Below are positions 1-12,382 of a DNA stretch of 64,000 bases, in pieces (the stretch's first letter is position 1; each line of letters starts with the position of its first letter). The stretch lies in contig NC_043003.1 in the NCBI RefSeq assembly GCF_006345805.1, forward strand, positions 106,888,001 through 106,952,000, in the 5' to 3' direction. This DNA is from Octopus sinensis (taxonomy: Eukaryota). A model generated the notes under the pieces. It worked only from the letters and a program-made list of their open reading frames with translations. It was not told where the DNA came from and did no database searches. The position numbers and the translations under genes were made by a program.

Positions 1-443
1 CAATTGAATTATATTAATTCTTCCTGTCTGAGAAATGAGTATCATTTAATTACGATCAAACTTGGAAATTCTATAAAATCATAATATTTGGAAGAGGTCT
101 GCGGTGGTGGTCTGCTTTGGAGAGAGTTAAAACTATAAAAAGAAAGAGAAATAAAATTCAAGAAGGAAAGGAAGAAAAGAAGGAAAGAAAGAAAGAAAGG
201 AACAAGTGATGTATTGGTTTACTGTTTTGAGAGGAAGATACAGCTATGGTTTCATGTGTGGAGGTCTTCATCAAAGACTCACAGAATTTGATAACGTTTT
301 TCCCAACCAGTCCCCCCCACAACCACCACCACCCGTCATCTAAAACTGATTATCTTGAAAGGATATAAAAATATATGCCTGTGTGTGTGTGTGGTGTGTG
401 TGTGTGTGTGTTGTGTGTGTGTGTGTGTGTGAGCCTGTGTACT

Positions 444-480
<37 letters not shown>

Positions 481-1031
481 TCTCTCACACACACACACAC
501 ACACAGACTGTGACAGACACATAGACACATGTATCTCTCAATTTTCCAAATGACGAGGAAGGCCTAGAATAGCTGATACTCTACCCCATCACCACATACC
601 AGCCTCATTCGACCCCCACCCAGGTTATACTTTTACACTATCTTCCCCCCACCTACACACACACACACACTGTACCTGCCCCTTCCTGCTTCCATCTCCT
701 CTCCACCCAGCCACCCACGTGCACTGAGGGGACGAGGTAGAACCTACTTTGCTAACATAGTCTTACTACACTCCTGCTGATACCCAGAACAATTAGCTCA
801 CACCCTGTATCTGTACCCTGAACTTATCCCAGGATCCCCAGCTCATACCAGGGTTTATCTTTTACAACTTACTCAAATAGATATCAACCCCTCTTATCTA
901 TTTCGGGGGGGGGGTGTACACATGTACATAAATGTGTCATTTGGGCACATCCCTTTTTTTTTATATTTGTTTTACCACATTTTATTATGGGTATGAGCAT
1001 GTATGTGTGTTTGTGTGCATATACATACATA

Positions 1032-1064
<33 letters not shown>

Positions 1065-1089
1065 TTGTATATGTATACTTATGTGTGCA

Positions 1090-1123
<34 letters not shown>

Positions 1124-1579
1124 CATACATATGTATGTATGTATATATATATACATACATATATATATGTATATATATGTGTGTGTGTATATATATATAT
1201 ATATACATACATACATATGTGTGTGTGTATATATATATATATGTGTGTGTGTCTGCAGATATATACACACATACCCATGCACACTCTCACACTTGCATAT
1301 ATTCCATGATTAGTGTACTAAAGTACACACAACACTTACAAAGGACTCAATACTGGGAATGACTGTAATAAAATATGTGAAATAGTTCACCAGTCCAGCC
1401 CAATCCACCTTTACCCAGGAAATTGTAATGTTTACAGTGTTTTATATATATATATATATATATATCTTTCATCATTTACATGTTAGACAAGAAAGCCTTC
1501 GTGACAGTGCCCCAGCATGGCCACAGTTCAATGACTGAAACGAGTAAAGTAAGTTATATATATATATATATATATATAT

Positions 1580-1950
1580 ATCATCATCATCATCATCATC
1601 ATCATCATCGTTTAACGTCCGTTTTCCATGCTAGCATGGGTTGGACTGTTCGACCAGGGTCTGGGAAGCCAGGAGGCTGCATCAGGCCCAGTCTGATCTG
1701 GCAGTGTTTCTACAGCTGGATGCCCTTCCTAACACCAACCACTCCATGAGTGTAGTGGGTGCTTTTTACATGCCACAGGCGAGGCTGGCAATGACCATGA
1801 TCGGTTGGTGCTTTTTACATGTCATATACACACACACACATATACATATATATATATATATATATATGCACAAACACATATATATATATATTCGGATGGT
1901 ACATTTTATGTGCCACTGGCACGGGGTGCCAGTCAGGCAGCTCTGGCATC
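1580..1950 (-). mobile_element. RTE 3'-tail fragment
   Basis: Reverse complement of the LINE tail: (CAT)n-CGTTTAACGTCC...CTGGATGCCCTTCCTAAC...GGTGCTTTTTAC. Confidence 0.85.
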
Positions 1951-2779
1951 AGAATAAATAATGACCAGTCACTTGCAAGCTATCATACCATTTGTAGTAT
2001 ATTTATACAAGAGAGAGAATAAAGATATATAAATATAGTAGGAAACTAAGAAAGTGCAGAGGGCGAAAGGTCATAGTCATTCGGCATTGTAGGATAGTAA
2101 TCTAGAGATCACACACACACTGATGATGGTGATGGGAAAGAGGGGAGTTCAAGAGGTCCATTGTGTTGATTTGATCTGAACAGGCAAGTAGAATCAATAG
2201 GAAGACTGATAAAAAAGTCTTGCAAGTAATGGATAGAAAAGTGAAGGTTGTTCTTTACACCTGTTTCTCAGATAGGTGTACTGTTCCTAAAATGCAGAAA
2301 CAGACCTGTGCATTTTGCCTTCATATACATAAGGTAGAGTGCAATTTTCTGCCTTTAGAGGAGCACAATTGGTGGTATGAGTGACCATATGCACCAATCT
2401 ACATTATTTATATGGGGACAAAATGCTTTTAAAGTGCCCCTACTCCAGAAACACAAGTGAGGGTTGATAACAAGAAGAACATATTGCTGTATATTGTATA
2501 TTGGTGTTAAGAGGGGCATCCAGCTGTAAAAACCATGCCAAAACAGACAGCGGAGCTTGTCACAGTCCTCTGGCTTGCTTGCTCCTGCAAAACTGGCCAA
2601 ACCATGCCAGCATTGAAGATGGACATTAAATGATGATGATGATGATGATATTGAGCAACTGGTTGATTTTTCTCATGTCTACAAACCTCTCAGTAACGCA
2701 AAGAGTTAAGTCCCCCTGTTATTCAATAATTACAACTTTAATTATGCATTGAACGCTACTTCCATTTACTTTCTCATTA

Positions 2780-5560
2780 TGGGTAGATAAAGTAATTGAG
2801 GTAATCAGAGTATGTGACAGAATACTTAAGATTAGATTAGCGCTTCATCATAGTTTAGCAACCATTATATCAGCCTATGCTCCTCAGTCGGGGCTACCTG
2901 ATGGACAGAAAGACCGATTCTATGACACTCTACTGCAGACTACCTCGTTGACGAACGACAGAGACCTTCTCTTTGTGGCTGGTGACTTCAATGGTCACGT
3001 TGGACGACATGCTGGGGGCTTCCACGGCGTACATGGAGGCTATGGCTCTGGTTCCCGCAACGAGGAGGGAACCAGGCTGCTGGAGTTCTGCGATGCAAAT
3101 AATCTTATGATTTGCAACACTAACTTCAGGAAACCTACCAGCCACCTAGTCACCTACCGATCGGACCAACATACCAGCCAAATGACTACATCCTTGCCAG
3201 GCAAGGGAGAGATGGCTACTTATAAATGCCAAAACCTTCCCAGGCGAAGAATGCACCCCACAACATAGACTGGTAGTTAGTGACTTTAGGATCAGGAGTA
3301 GGAGGACAACCAGAAGACGACCAACATGGAGAAGAAGGATCTGGAAGCTTAAGGATCCTGTGAATGGACAGAGATTTAGAGACATGTTACTTGAAGCCTT
3401 TGACGAAGTAGAAGGGATAGTGTATCACATGGGGTAGAGGACAACTGGACGTTTCTAAGGGACAACCTGCTGAGAGCCACTGACCAGATCTGTGGCTGGT
3501 GCAAAGTCCCCTCTCGTCCCAAGGTAACGTGGTGGTGGAACAGTGTCGTAGACAGGGCTATTAGAGAAAAGACAGACTTGGAAGCACTGGAAGAATGGTG
3601 GTAGCAGGGAATTGTATCAGACTGCTAAAAGGGAAGCTAGGAGACAGGTCTATCTAGCCAGAGAGGAAGCAGATAAGAAAAAATTGCCAATGTTCTGCGC
3701 CGTGAGGACCAAAGACTGGAGGTGTTTCGCGTTGCAAGACAGTGTGTGAGAGAGAATTGTGATGTGGTGGGAGAGAAGTGTATTCGCATGGAAGATGGTT
3801 CACTTGCGCTAAACGAGGATGCAAAGAGAGAGGCTTGGAGACGCCACTATGAAAGGTTGCTGAATAAAGAAAATGAATGGGATAAAGAGAGTCTGCCGAA
3901 CGTTGACCCAACAGAGGGACCAGCTATCAGGGTTGTTAGTTCCTTAGTAGCTAAGGCAATTAGAAGCATGAAGACAGGGAAAGCCCCAGGCCCATCAGGT
4001 ATCACTGCAGAGATGCTCAAAATATCTGGTAGTGTCGGCTATAGCCTAGTCACCTGTATAGTTAATCAGGTGATACATGAAGGAGTCATACCCAATGACT
4101 GGTGTAGCAGCATAATAGTCAACTGCTACAAAGGTAAAGGTGATGCCCTAGATACAAATAATTACAGAGGTATCAAGCTGTTGGATCAGGTGATGAAGGT
4201 TACAGAGAGGGTCATAAGCCAACTAATTAGAGAGAGAGTTAGTTTAGATGAGATGCAGTTTGGTTTCGTGCCAGGGAAAAGTACCACTGATGCTATATTC
4301 CTGGTAAGGCAGCTGCAGGAGAAAACCTAGCCAAAGATAAGGCCCTGTACCTGGCTTTTGTTGACATGGAGAAAGCCTTCGACAGGGTCCCTCGATCCCT
4401 CATATGGTGGTCAATGAGGAAACTAGGAATAGAAGAATGGTTAGTGAGAGCTGTGCAAGCCATGTACAGGGACACTGCTAGTAAGGTGAGGGTTGGAAAT
4501 GAGTACAGTGAAGAATTCCGGGTAGAGGTAGGGGTCCACCAAGGCTCAGTCCTCAGCCCCCTCCTATTTATCATAGTCCTCCAGGCAATAACGGAGGAAT
4601 TCAAGACAGGATGCCCCTGGGAGCTCCTCTATGCTGATGACCTTGCTTTAATTGCTGAGTCATTATCAGAACTGGAGAAGAAGTTTCAGGTGTGAAAGCA
4701 TGGTTTAGAATCAAGGGCCTTAGAGTCAACCTAGCTAAAACCAAAGTCGTAATAAGTAGGAAGGTAGACAAATCACAAACGCCTTCAGGTAGATGGCCCT
4801 GCTCGATCTGTAGAAAAGGTGTAGGTAGAAACTCTATAATGCACCAAGTGTAAGCTATGGACACATAAGAGGTGCAGCAATGTCATAGGAAGGCTAACTA
4901 GGAAGATGGTTTTTGTATGTGGCAGATGCTCGGGAGCATTACCTCTGAAAATCTGCAGAAAACAACTTCCGTCACTTTCCAGGGGGAAAAACTAGAAGTA
5001 GTTGATAGCTTCCGTTATCTAGGTGACCAAGTCAGTAGTGGGGGTGGGTGTGCTGAAAGTGTAACGGCTAGAGTAAGAATAGCCTGGGCAAAGTTTAGGG
5101 AGCTCTTACCTCTGCTGGTGACTAAAGGCCTCTCGCTCAGAGTAAAAGGCAGACTGTATGATGCATGTGTACGAACAGCCATGCTACATGGCAGTGAAAC
5201 ATGGGCCGTGACTGCTGAGGATATGCGTAAGCTCACGAGAAATGAAGCTAGTATGCTCCGTTGGATGTGTAATGTCAGTGTTCATAGTCAACAGAGTGTA
5301 AGTACCTTGAGAGAAAAGTTGGACCTAAGAGGAATCAGATGTTGTGTGCAAGAGAGACGATTGCGCTGGTATGGTCATGTGGTGAGAATGGATGAAGATA
5401 GGTGTGTGAAAAAGTGCCACACCCTGGCAGTTGAGGTGACCTGTGGAAGAGGTAGACCCAGGAAAACCTGGGTCGAGGTGTGTGAAGCACGACCTTCGAA
5501 CTCTAGGTCTCACCAAGGAAATGACCAGAGACCGAGACCTATGGAAGTATGCTGTGCGTG
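2780..5560 (+). pseudogene. RTE ORF (endonuclease-reverse transcriptase), disrupted
   Basis: ORF pieces 2948-3268, 3722-4330, 4366-4695 and 4917-5747 lie in different frames; an in-frame stop follows KFQV. Confidence 0.9.
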
Positions 5561-5987
5561 GGAAGACCCGGCAAGACCAGTGAGAACAATCAAAATCAAA
5601 TCATATATCAGAAAGCAGGGGTTAAGTGACCCATCTTTTCGTGTCCGCTGTCAGCCTCGTCTGGCACCCGTGCCGGTGATACGTAAAAGCACCATTCGCT
5701 CATGGCCGTTTGCCAGCTCTGCCTGGCCCCGTGTCGGTGGCACGTAAAAGCACCATCTGTTCGTGGCCGTTCGCCAGCTCTGTCTGGCACCTGTGCAGGT
5801 GGCACGTAAAAAACACCCACTACACTCGCGGAGTGGTTGGCGTTAGGAAGGGCATCCAGCCGTAGAAACACTGCCAGATCTGACTGGGCCTGATGAAGCC
5901 TTCCAGCTTCACAGACCCCAGTTGACCCGTCCAACCCATGCTAGCATGGAAAGCGGACGCTAAACGATGATGATGATGATGATGATG
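2780..5987 (+). mobile_element. RTE-clade non-LTR retrotransposon, 5'-truncated, with frameshifts and stops
   Basis: APE motifs (IISAYAPQ, VAGDFNGHVG, RNEEGTRLLEFC), RT motifs (GKAPGPSGIT, NYRGIKLL, QFGFVPGKSTTDAIF, DMEKAFDRV, GVHQGSVLSPLLF, LLYADDLAL) and C-terminal RRLRWYGHV. The 3' UTR ends CCAACCCATGCTAGCATGGAAAGCGGACGCTAAAC(GAT)n. Confidence 0.95.
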
Positions 5988-6204
5988 TATATATCATATA
6001 TTTTCCATCTGACCCTTTTGATAAAGCTTTCTGATAACTGCCAAAAGCATTACCTAAAAACACTATACATACATATATACATACATGTGAATATATATAT
6101 ATATTTCCATGCCGGTGGCATCTAAAAAGCACCAAACAATCATGGCTGTTGCCAGCCTCCTCTGGCCTTGTGCTGGTGGCACATAAAAAGCACCCATCCT
6201 ACCC

Positions 6205-7555
6205 TTCAACTTCCCATCCTTGGAGTTTCCCAGGAAGACACCTTCCTCGGACTTTTCCAGGAATTCCTTTCTCCAATTCAATTCCCTCTTGGAATTTTCC
6301 AGGAAGTCTATCTTCCTTGGACTCTTCCATGAAGTAACTCTTCTCCCTTCAATTCCTCCTCCTTGGAATTTTCCAGGAAGCCCCTCTCCTCGGACTTTCC
6401 CTGGAAGTCCTTCTAACTCCACCTTCTCTTTAAATACCCCTCCTTAGAATTTTCCAGTAAGTCCCCTTCGTCGGACTTTCACAGAAAATCCTTCTTCCCT
6501 TTCCCTTTAAATACCCCCTTGGAATTTTCCAGGTAGTCCCCTCCTCAGACTTTTCCAGGAAGTCCTTCCCCCATTAAACTTCCCTAATGGAAATTTTCCG
6601 GAAAATCTCTTCCTCGGACATTCCCTAGAGTTTTTCCGCCATTCCTTCCTTTTAAATCCCTCCCTCCCCTTGGAAATTTCCTAGATGACCCCTTCCTCGG
6701 AGTTTTCTGGAAAGTCTATCCTCCCCTTGAACTCCCTCTTCTTAGAATTTTCCAGTAAGTACCCCATCCTCGGTCTTTTCATCCACTTTAAGTCCCCCTC
6801 CTAGGAATTTTCCAGTAAGTCACCCACCTCGGACGTTCACAAGAAGTTCTTCCTCCCCTTCCTTTCTTTTAAATCTCCTCCTTGGAATTTTCCACGAAGT
6901 CACTTCCTCGGACTTTCCCAGTAAGTCCTTTCTCCCCTTCCTTCCCCTTAAATCCCCCTCCTTGGAATTTTCCAGGAAATCCCCCTACTCGGGCTTTTCT
7001 AGGATGTCACTCCCCCTTCAACTCCCCGTCATTGGAATGTTTTAGGAAGTGCCCATTCCTCGGGCTTTTTTAGGAAGTCCTTCCTCCCCTTCCTTCGCTT
7101 TAAATCCCCTTCTTGGAATTTTCTAGGAAATCCTCTCCTCGGAATTCTCCAGGAAGTCCCTCCTCTCATTCAACTCCCACTCCCTTGGAATTTTCCAGTA
7201 CGTCCCCATTCTTTGGAATGTTCCAGGAAGCCTCTCCCCTCGGATTTTCTCAGGATATCCTTCCTCCCCTTCTATCCCTTTAAACCCCCTCCTTGAAATT
7301 TTCCAGTAAGTCCCCCTCCTCGGACTTTTCCAGGAAATCCTTCCTTCCTGTTAAATCCCCCTCTTTGGAATTTTCCAGTTAGTCCCCCTCCTCAAACTTT
7401 CCCAGAAAGTCCTTTCTCCCCATTAAATCTTCCTCCATGGAATCTTCCAGGACGCCCTTTTCTCGGTCTTTCCAAGAATGTCCTTCCTCCCCTTCCTTCC
7501 CTTTAAATCCCCCTCTCAAGAAAATTTCTAGGAAGTCCCCCTCTTCGGACTTTTT
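6205..7555. repeat. Degenerate satellite, ~70-80 bp unit, ~17-18 copies
   Basis: Recurrent CTTGGAATTTTCCAGGAAGTCCCCTCCTCGGACTTTTCCAGGAAGTCCTTC...TTTAAATCCCCCT. Confidence 0.9.
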
Positions 7556-8220
7556 CCTCCCCTTCAAATTCCTCGTTCTCCTTCATCTTCGTCTCTTCTT
7601 TTCTTTCCTCTTTCTTCTTTCTCCTTGCTCATTCCCCCAAATCTTCTCCACTTCCACTGCCCACTCCTCTCCTCCTACACCTCGCCTCCCCCCACTCCCT
7701 CTTCTCCTCCTTATTCTGCTTCTCCATCTTCTCCTCGTCTCCTTCTGCCCTCTTCCTACTCCCTTTCTCACCTTCCACTCATCCTACCTACCCTTCCTCA
7801 ACTTCCTGCTCCTTCTCCCTCTTTTTCCCCTCTCTGCCCCTTTCTCTTTTTCTCCCCTTCCTCCCTTTTAACATTCCCCTTCTTTCCTCAATCCTATCCC
7901 TAACCCTCCACCCCCTTCTCTCTTTCTACACTGCCTTGTTCACATGCTTCACCTCCTAACCTTCCTCCTTGCACCACTTCCTCCCCCTTTCTTCCCTTCC
8001 TCCCCTTACACCACTCTCCTTTTTCTCCTTCTTCCTCTTCCCCCGTTCCCCTTCCTCCCCTCCAACTGCTTCATCCCCTTCCGTTTCTATCCATTATTCT
8101 CCTCCTCTCCTTGATTCTCCTCACTCTCCCCTCCCTTCTTATCCTCTGCTTTTCTCTCCCCTTTTTTCTCCTTCTCTCCTTCTCCTCCTCCTCATATTCC
8201 TCCCCTCCCTATATTTTCCT
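7556..8220. repeat. Polypyrimidine/polypurine tract
   Basis: About 660 bp, nearly all C/T on the plus strand. Confidence 0.95.
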
Positions 8221-8546
8221 GTAAGTTATGAAGCAACAAAGTCGGTGGGGTGTGAAACTGTAGTTATGACATTTTCCATTAAAAGTTAATGTTGATGGAT
8301 TACCATTAAATTCTGTTATGCTTTCAAGGAATTAACGGATTAACAATTAATGATGTCAACTTTTTGGTTAACAGATTTACAATTAACAAAGTTTACTTTT
8401 CGGTTAACGGTGCCCACCTCTGCATATATATATCATCATCATCATCATCATTTAGCATCCACTTTCTTTTCCATGCTGTCATGGGTTGGATGGTTTGACA
8501 GTAGCTGGCTAGCCAGAGGACTGTGCCAAACTCTTCTGCCTGTTTG

Positions 8547-8585
<39 letters not shown>

Positions 8586-8619
8586 TATATATACACATGT
8601 GTATATGTATGTATATCAT

Positions 8620-8890
8620 CATCAGCATCATCATTGTTTAACGTCTGTTCTCCATGCTAGTATGGGTTGGACGGTTCGACCGGGGATCAGGGAAGCCAGA
8701 AGGCTGCACCAGGCTCCAGTCTTATCTGGCAATGTTTCTACAGCTGGATGCCCTTCCTAACGCCAACCACTCCGTGAGTGTAGTGGGTGCTTTTTACGTG
8801 CCACCTGCACCAGGCGAGGCTGGCAACAGCCACGGTCGGATTGGTGCATTTTACGTGCCACCGGCACAGAAGCCAGTCGAGGCGGCACTG
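8620..8890 (-). mobile_element. RTE 3'-tail fragment
   Basis: Same tail motifs as 5800-5987, reversed. A shorter fragment lies at ~8435-8530. Confidence 0.85.
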
Positions 8891-8963
8891 ATATATATAT
8901 ATATATGTATGTATGTATGTATGTATGGATGGATGGATGGATGTATGTATGGATGTATGTATG

Positions 8964-9009
<46 letters not shown>

Positions 9010-9649
9010 GTATGTATATAGTGAGAATTTACAAAAAATAGAAGACGAAGACGGGTCTGTAAACAATAAAGAGATGTATTATTTTAATGCTCTGGAAGTG
9101 AGAAAGTATTGTACATTTTGAGCGTATGCTCTTCGACAGAAAGGAACACAGAAATAAACAGGGTGAGAAAATAGAAAAAGGTTTAGTGGCTAGTGATCTA
9201 TCATATGAATGTGTGTGAGTGTGTGTGTGAGTGTGTATTACTGTGAAGTTTTCATTGTTGATATGAGCCAGCATTGTAATATCTGTAGGCCACAAGTTCA
9301 TTTTTTTTCTTGTATAAGTGTGATAATTTCCGTGCATGCATCCAGCATGGTTAATATTGATATTGTAAAACATTAAAGTTTTATACAAAACAGAAATGAC
9401 TCTATTGATTGCATCCCACCCAACTCCAATCCCTAGGAGATCACTGGTATTTAGTTAATTGACTCCAGAGGAATAAATGTGAATGTCAACTCCACCTTGG
9501 GAATTAGATTCCTATGTAAACGAGGTTTTCAGCTAATTAATGAAATGCATTTATTCATTAAGTTTACCATGTTTTGCTTATGGCATGGAGTATTAATGAT
9601 CTCTTTTGAGGGCAAAGAATGGTCTCTGGACGATGGAATGATACTTTCT

Positions 9650-10050
9650 AATTTTGGCACAAGGCCAGTAATTTTCAGTGGGGGTGGGGACAAGTTGATT
9701 ACATTGACCCCAGTAGATGACTGGTATTTATTTTATCGACTCGAACTTGGTGGTATTTGAACTCAGAATGTACAGACTTGACAGAAATGCCAGTATTTTG
9801 GATGCTAACGATTCCACCAGCTCATCACCTTAAGCAAGTCTTTTAGATTTTGACACAAGGCCAGTAATTTTAGCAGAAGGGTGTAAGTCAATTACATTAA
9901 CCCCCAGTTGTTGACTGGTATTAATTTTATTAACCTCAAAATGGATGAAAGGCAAAGTTGGTTTTTATGGCATTTGAATTCAGAACTGAAAACCTGAAGA
10001 AATGCTGCCAAGTATTTGTCTGGTGCGATGTCCATGCTGCCATCTTTTTG
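9650..10050 (-). mobile_element. SINE family E, tandem pair
   Basis: Two head-to-tail copies, each beginning GGCACAAGGCCAG / ACACAAGGCCAG on the plus strand. Confidence 0.75.
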
Positions 10051-10111
10051 CCTTCAGTGGATGAGAGAATAAAGGAAGCAGACATCTTGCTGGATTTAGT
10101 CACCCGTTTGC

Positions 10112-10472
10112 TTATTACCTCCTCCCTTAGCGAAGGCAGAGGTATTGTTTTCAGTTGTATTTGTTTGTTTGTCCATGGATAAGATATCTCAAGAACCGCT
10201 GGATGGATTCAGATGAAACTTTCAGGGATGTTTGGCCTCATGACTGACATGAACTGATTAGATTTTGGGATTGATCCAGAACTGGACAAAGATTCTGGAT
10301 TATTTTTCCTGTTTTTTTATTCAATTTTTGAGATTCATTTTCAGTATTCTTGTTCGTGAGAGCATTCGAGTTTATTTCAGATATTCTCATTTTAAAGATC
10401 ATCTCCAGCCAATTGTTGAGAGGACATTGATGTTGCCTTGGCAGAGGTTTGTGCTCTCTGAGTGCTCTTGTT
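10112..10472 (+). mobile_element. Helentron-associated (HINE/DINE-1-like) element
   Basis: Subterminal IR TTACCTCCTCCCTTAG..CCTTGGCAGAGGT, 3' short hairpin GTGCTCTCTGAGTGC, T-rich ends, and a core GATATCTCAAGAACCGCTGGATGGATT...GAAACTTTCAGGG. Confidence 0.7.
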
Positions 10473-10807
10473 TATTTATGGTTCAGTCAAAGAAAGAAAG
10501 GTCCACCCAGCCCACCTGGCCTCATTGTCTTTTCCAAGTCTTCTGAGATGGTAGAAGGAAGAATTGAAGGAAGAATATGATGATGGAAGGATGGAAGGGA
10601 GGCACTTGGTCTGAATTTTGTAACAGAATGAAAGGCAAAGTTGACCTCGACAGAATTTGAACTCAGAACATAAAGACATATGATCAACCACTAAGCATTT
10701 CACCCGGCGTGCTACCATTTCTGCCAGATCACTGCCTCAACAAGTGAACATGTTGTAAATAAAATGGCGCATCTTGGATGTAGATACGTATAAACAGACT
10801 AATAATG

Positions 10808-11540
10808 TGGCTGGAGGGCTGGCTGTGTGGTTAAGAGGCTTGCTTTGCAACTACAGGGTTTCAAGTTCAGTCCCACAGCACGGCAACATGGGCAAGTGTC
10901 ATTAGTCCTGTGTAGCTAATAGTTTATAAGTGAATTTAGTAGATAGAAACTCTGTGTGTGTATGTATGCATGAATGTGTGTATGTGTGTGTATGTATGCA
11001 TACATGTATGTATGTATGCATGCATGTATGTATGTGTGCATGCATGGATGTATGCATGCATGTATGTATGTATGCATGCATGTATGTATGTATGTCTGTG
11101 TATGTATGTATGTATGCATGTATGTATGTATGTATAGGTATGCATGTATGTATGTATATATGTATGTATATAAATGCATATATGTATGCATGTATGTGTG
11201 TGTATGTATGTATGCATGTATGTGTGTATGTATATATGTATGTATGTATATAAATGCATGTATGTATGCATGTATGTGTGTATGTATATATGTATGTATG
11301 TATATGTATGCATGGATATAAATGCATGGTATGTATGCATGTATGTGTGTGACAGAGTAAATCTTTGTGTTTGTCCCCCATCATCACCACTTGATAATCA
11401 ATGTTGGTTTGTTTACATCCACGTAACTTAGCGGTTCGGCAAAAGAGACCAATAGGATAAGTACTGGCGTCGATTCGTTCGGCTAAAACCCTTCAAAGCA
11501 GTGCTCCAGTTTGGGCGCAGTCCAATGACTGAAGCAAGTC
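10808..11540 (+). mobile_element. SINE family A, diverged, with expanded internal (TGTA)n
   Basis: Head at 10808-10955 and 3' half at 11365-11540 flank a 400-bp microsatellite. Confidence 0.75.
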
Positions 11541-12059
11541 GAACACAAAGGACAAGTGGATACCTTGGTGAACATATAACTCTCGAAACCAGAATGTTTG
11601 AACGAAGTATGAGCTATTGTTGTTGTTGTTTGATTGAGTTGACCTATTGCGATTCAAAGACACTCCAGCTGTGGCAATCCTGCCTGTTTTTCTTAGGAAC
11701 TACTTATTTCAATAGTCCCTTTTAAAAAGGTTGAGCATGGTTCGATGAAGATTTGACTTCTATCCCCAGCACGTCGAGATATTGCATGAAGGCCTCTCGT
11801 TGTCTCAACGCACCAAAATTTATTCTAACACTTCTAGGCCAAACTTTACAATTACATAAAAACTGACAAATTAATTCATAAATTAAAAACTGTCTTGTTT
11901 GGAGTTATCTCCCTTGTCTGATGTTTTTCGATATTTTAAACCCAAACCATTAAGGGAGTTTGTGTCCGCTAATCGTTTCAATAATCTCATTTAATCGAAG
12001 GTTCGTTGTTATTATATATTTGAATTTATTATGCAAATGAAGCTATTTTGGTTAACGTT

Positions 12060-12382
12060 TACATCTTGACCCGGAAATGAAAATCCCCCAAAATACTGGA
12101 AGGGATGTAAAAAAATGTGTAGGAAACGAATATGAAATAAAAATGCGCGCAAAGCAACGGGAGGGTGAGGAGAGGACTTCGGAAAATTCAGAAGATCCGA
12201 GCTTTTCCCTCGTAACTTTTAGGAATATGGGGGGGGGCGAGTTCAATGAAATTTTATAGAAATACCTTTCAAACGGTATAAATTACGATTATAAAGGAAT
12301 TTGTGGGGAAAATATTTTCCAAGGGGGTGGAGAGAGGACTTCGAAAAATTCACAAGGTCAGAATTTTGCGGGTCAAGATGTA
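12060..12382. mobile_element. Putative MITE with 14-bp inverted ends
   Basis: TACATCTTGACCCG / CGGGTCAAGATGTA; an internal GAGAGGACTTCG(G/A)AAAATTCA motif occurs twice. Confidence 0.5.

Noticed and set aside
2270-2375. Plus-strand candidate exon (RCTVPKMQKQTCAFCLHIHKVECNFLPLEEHNW)
   Set aside because: Good splice-like sites, but no homology and no partner exon; insufficient support.
2780-5987. Active LINE or host reverse transcriptase gene
   Set aside because: 5'-truncated inside the endonuclease, with several frameshifts and stops.
6063-8289. ORFs across the satellite and pyrimidine tract
   Set aside because: Low-complexity S/P/F/L or G/E/K/R products with frames broken between units.
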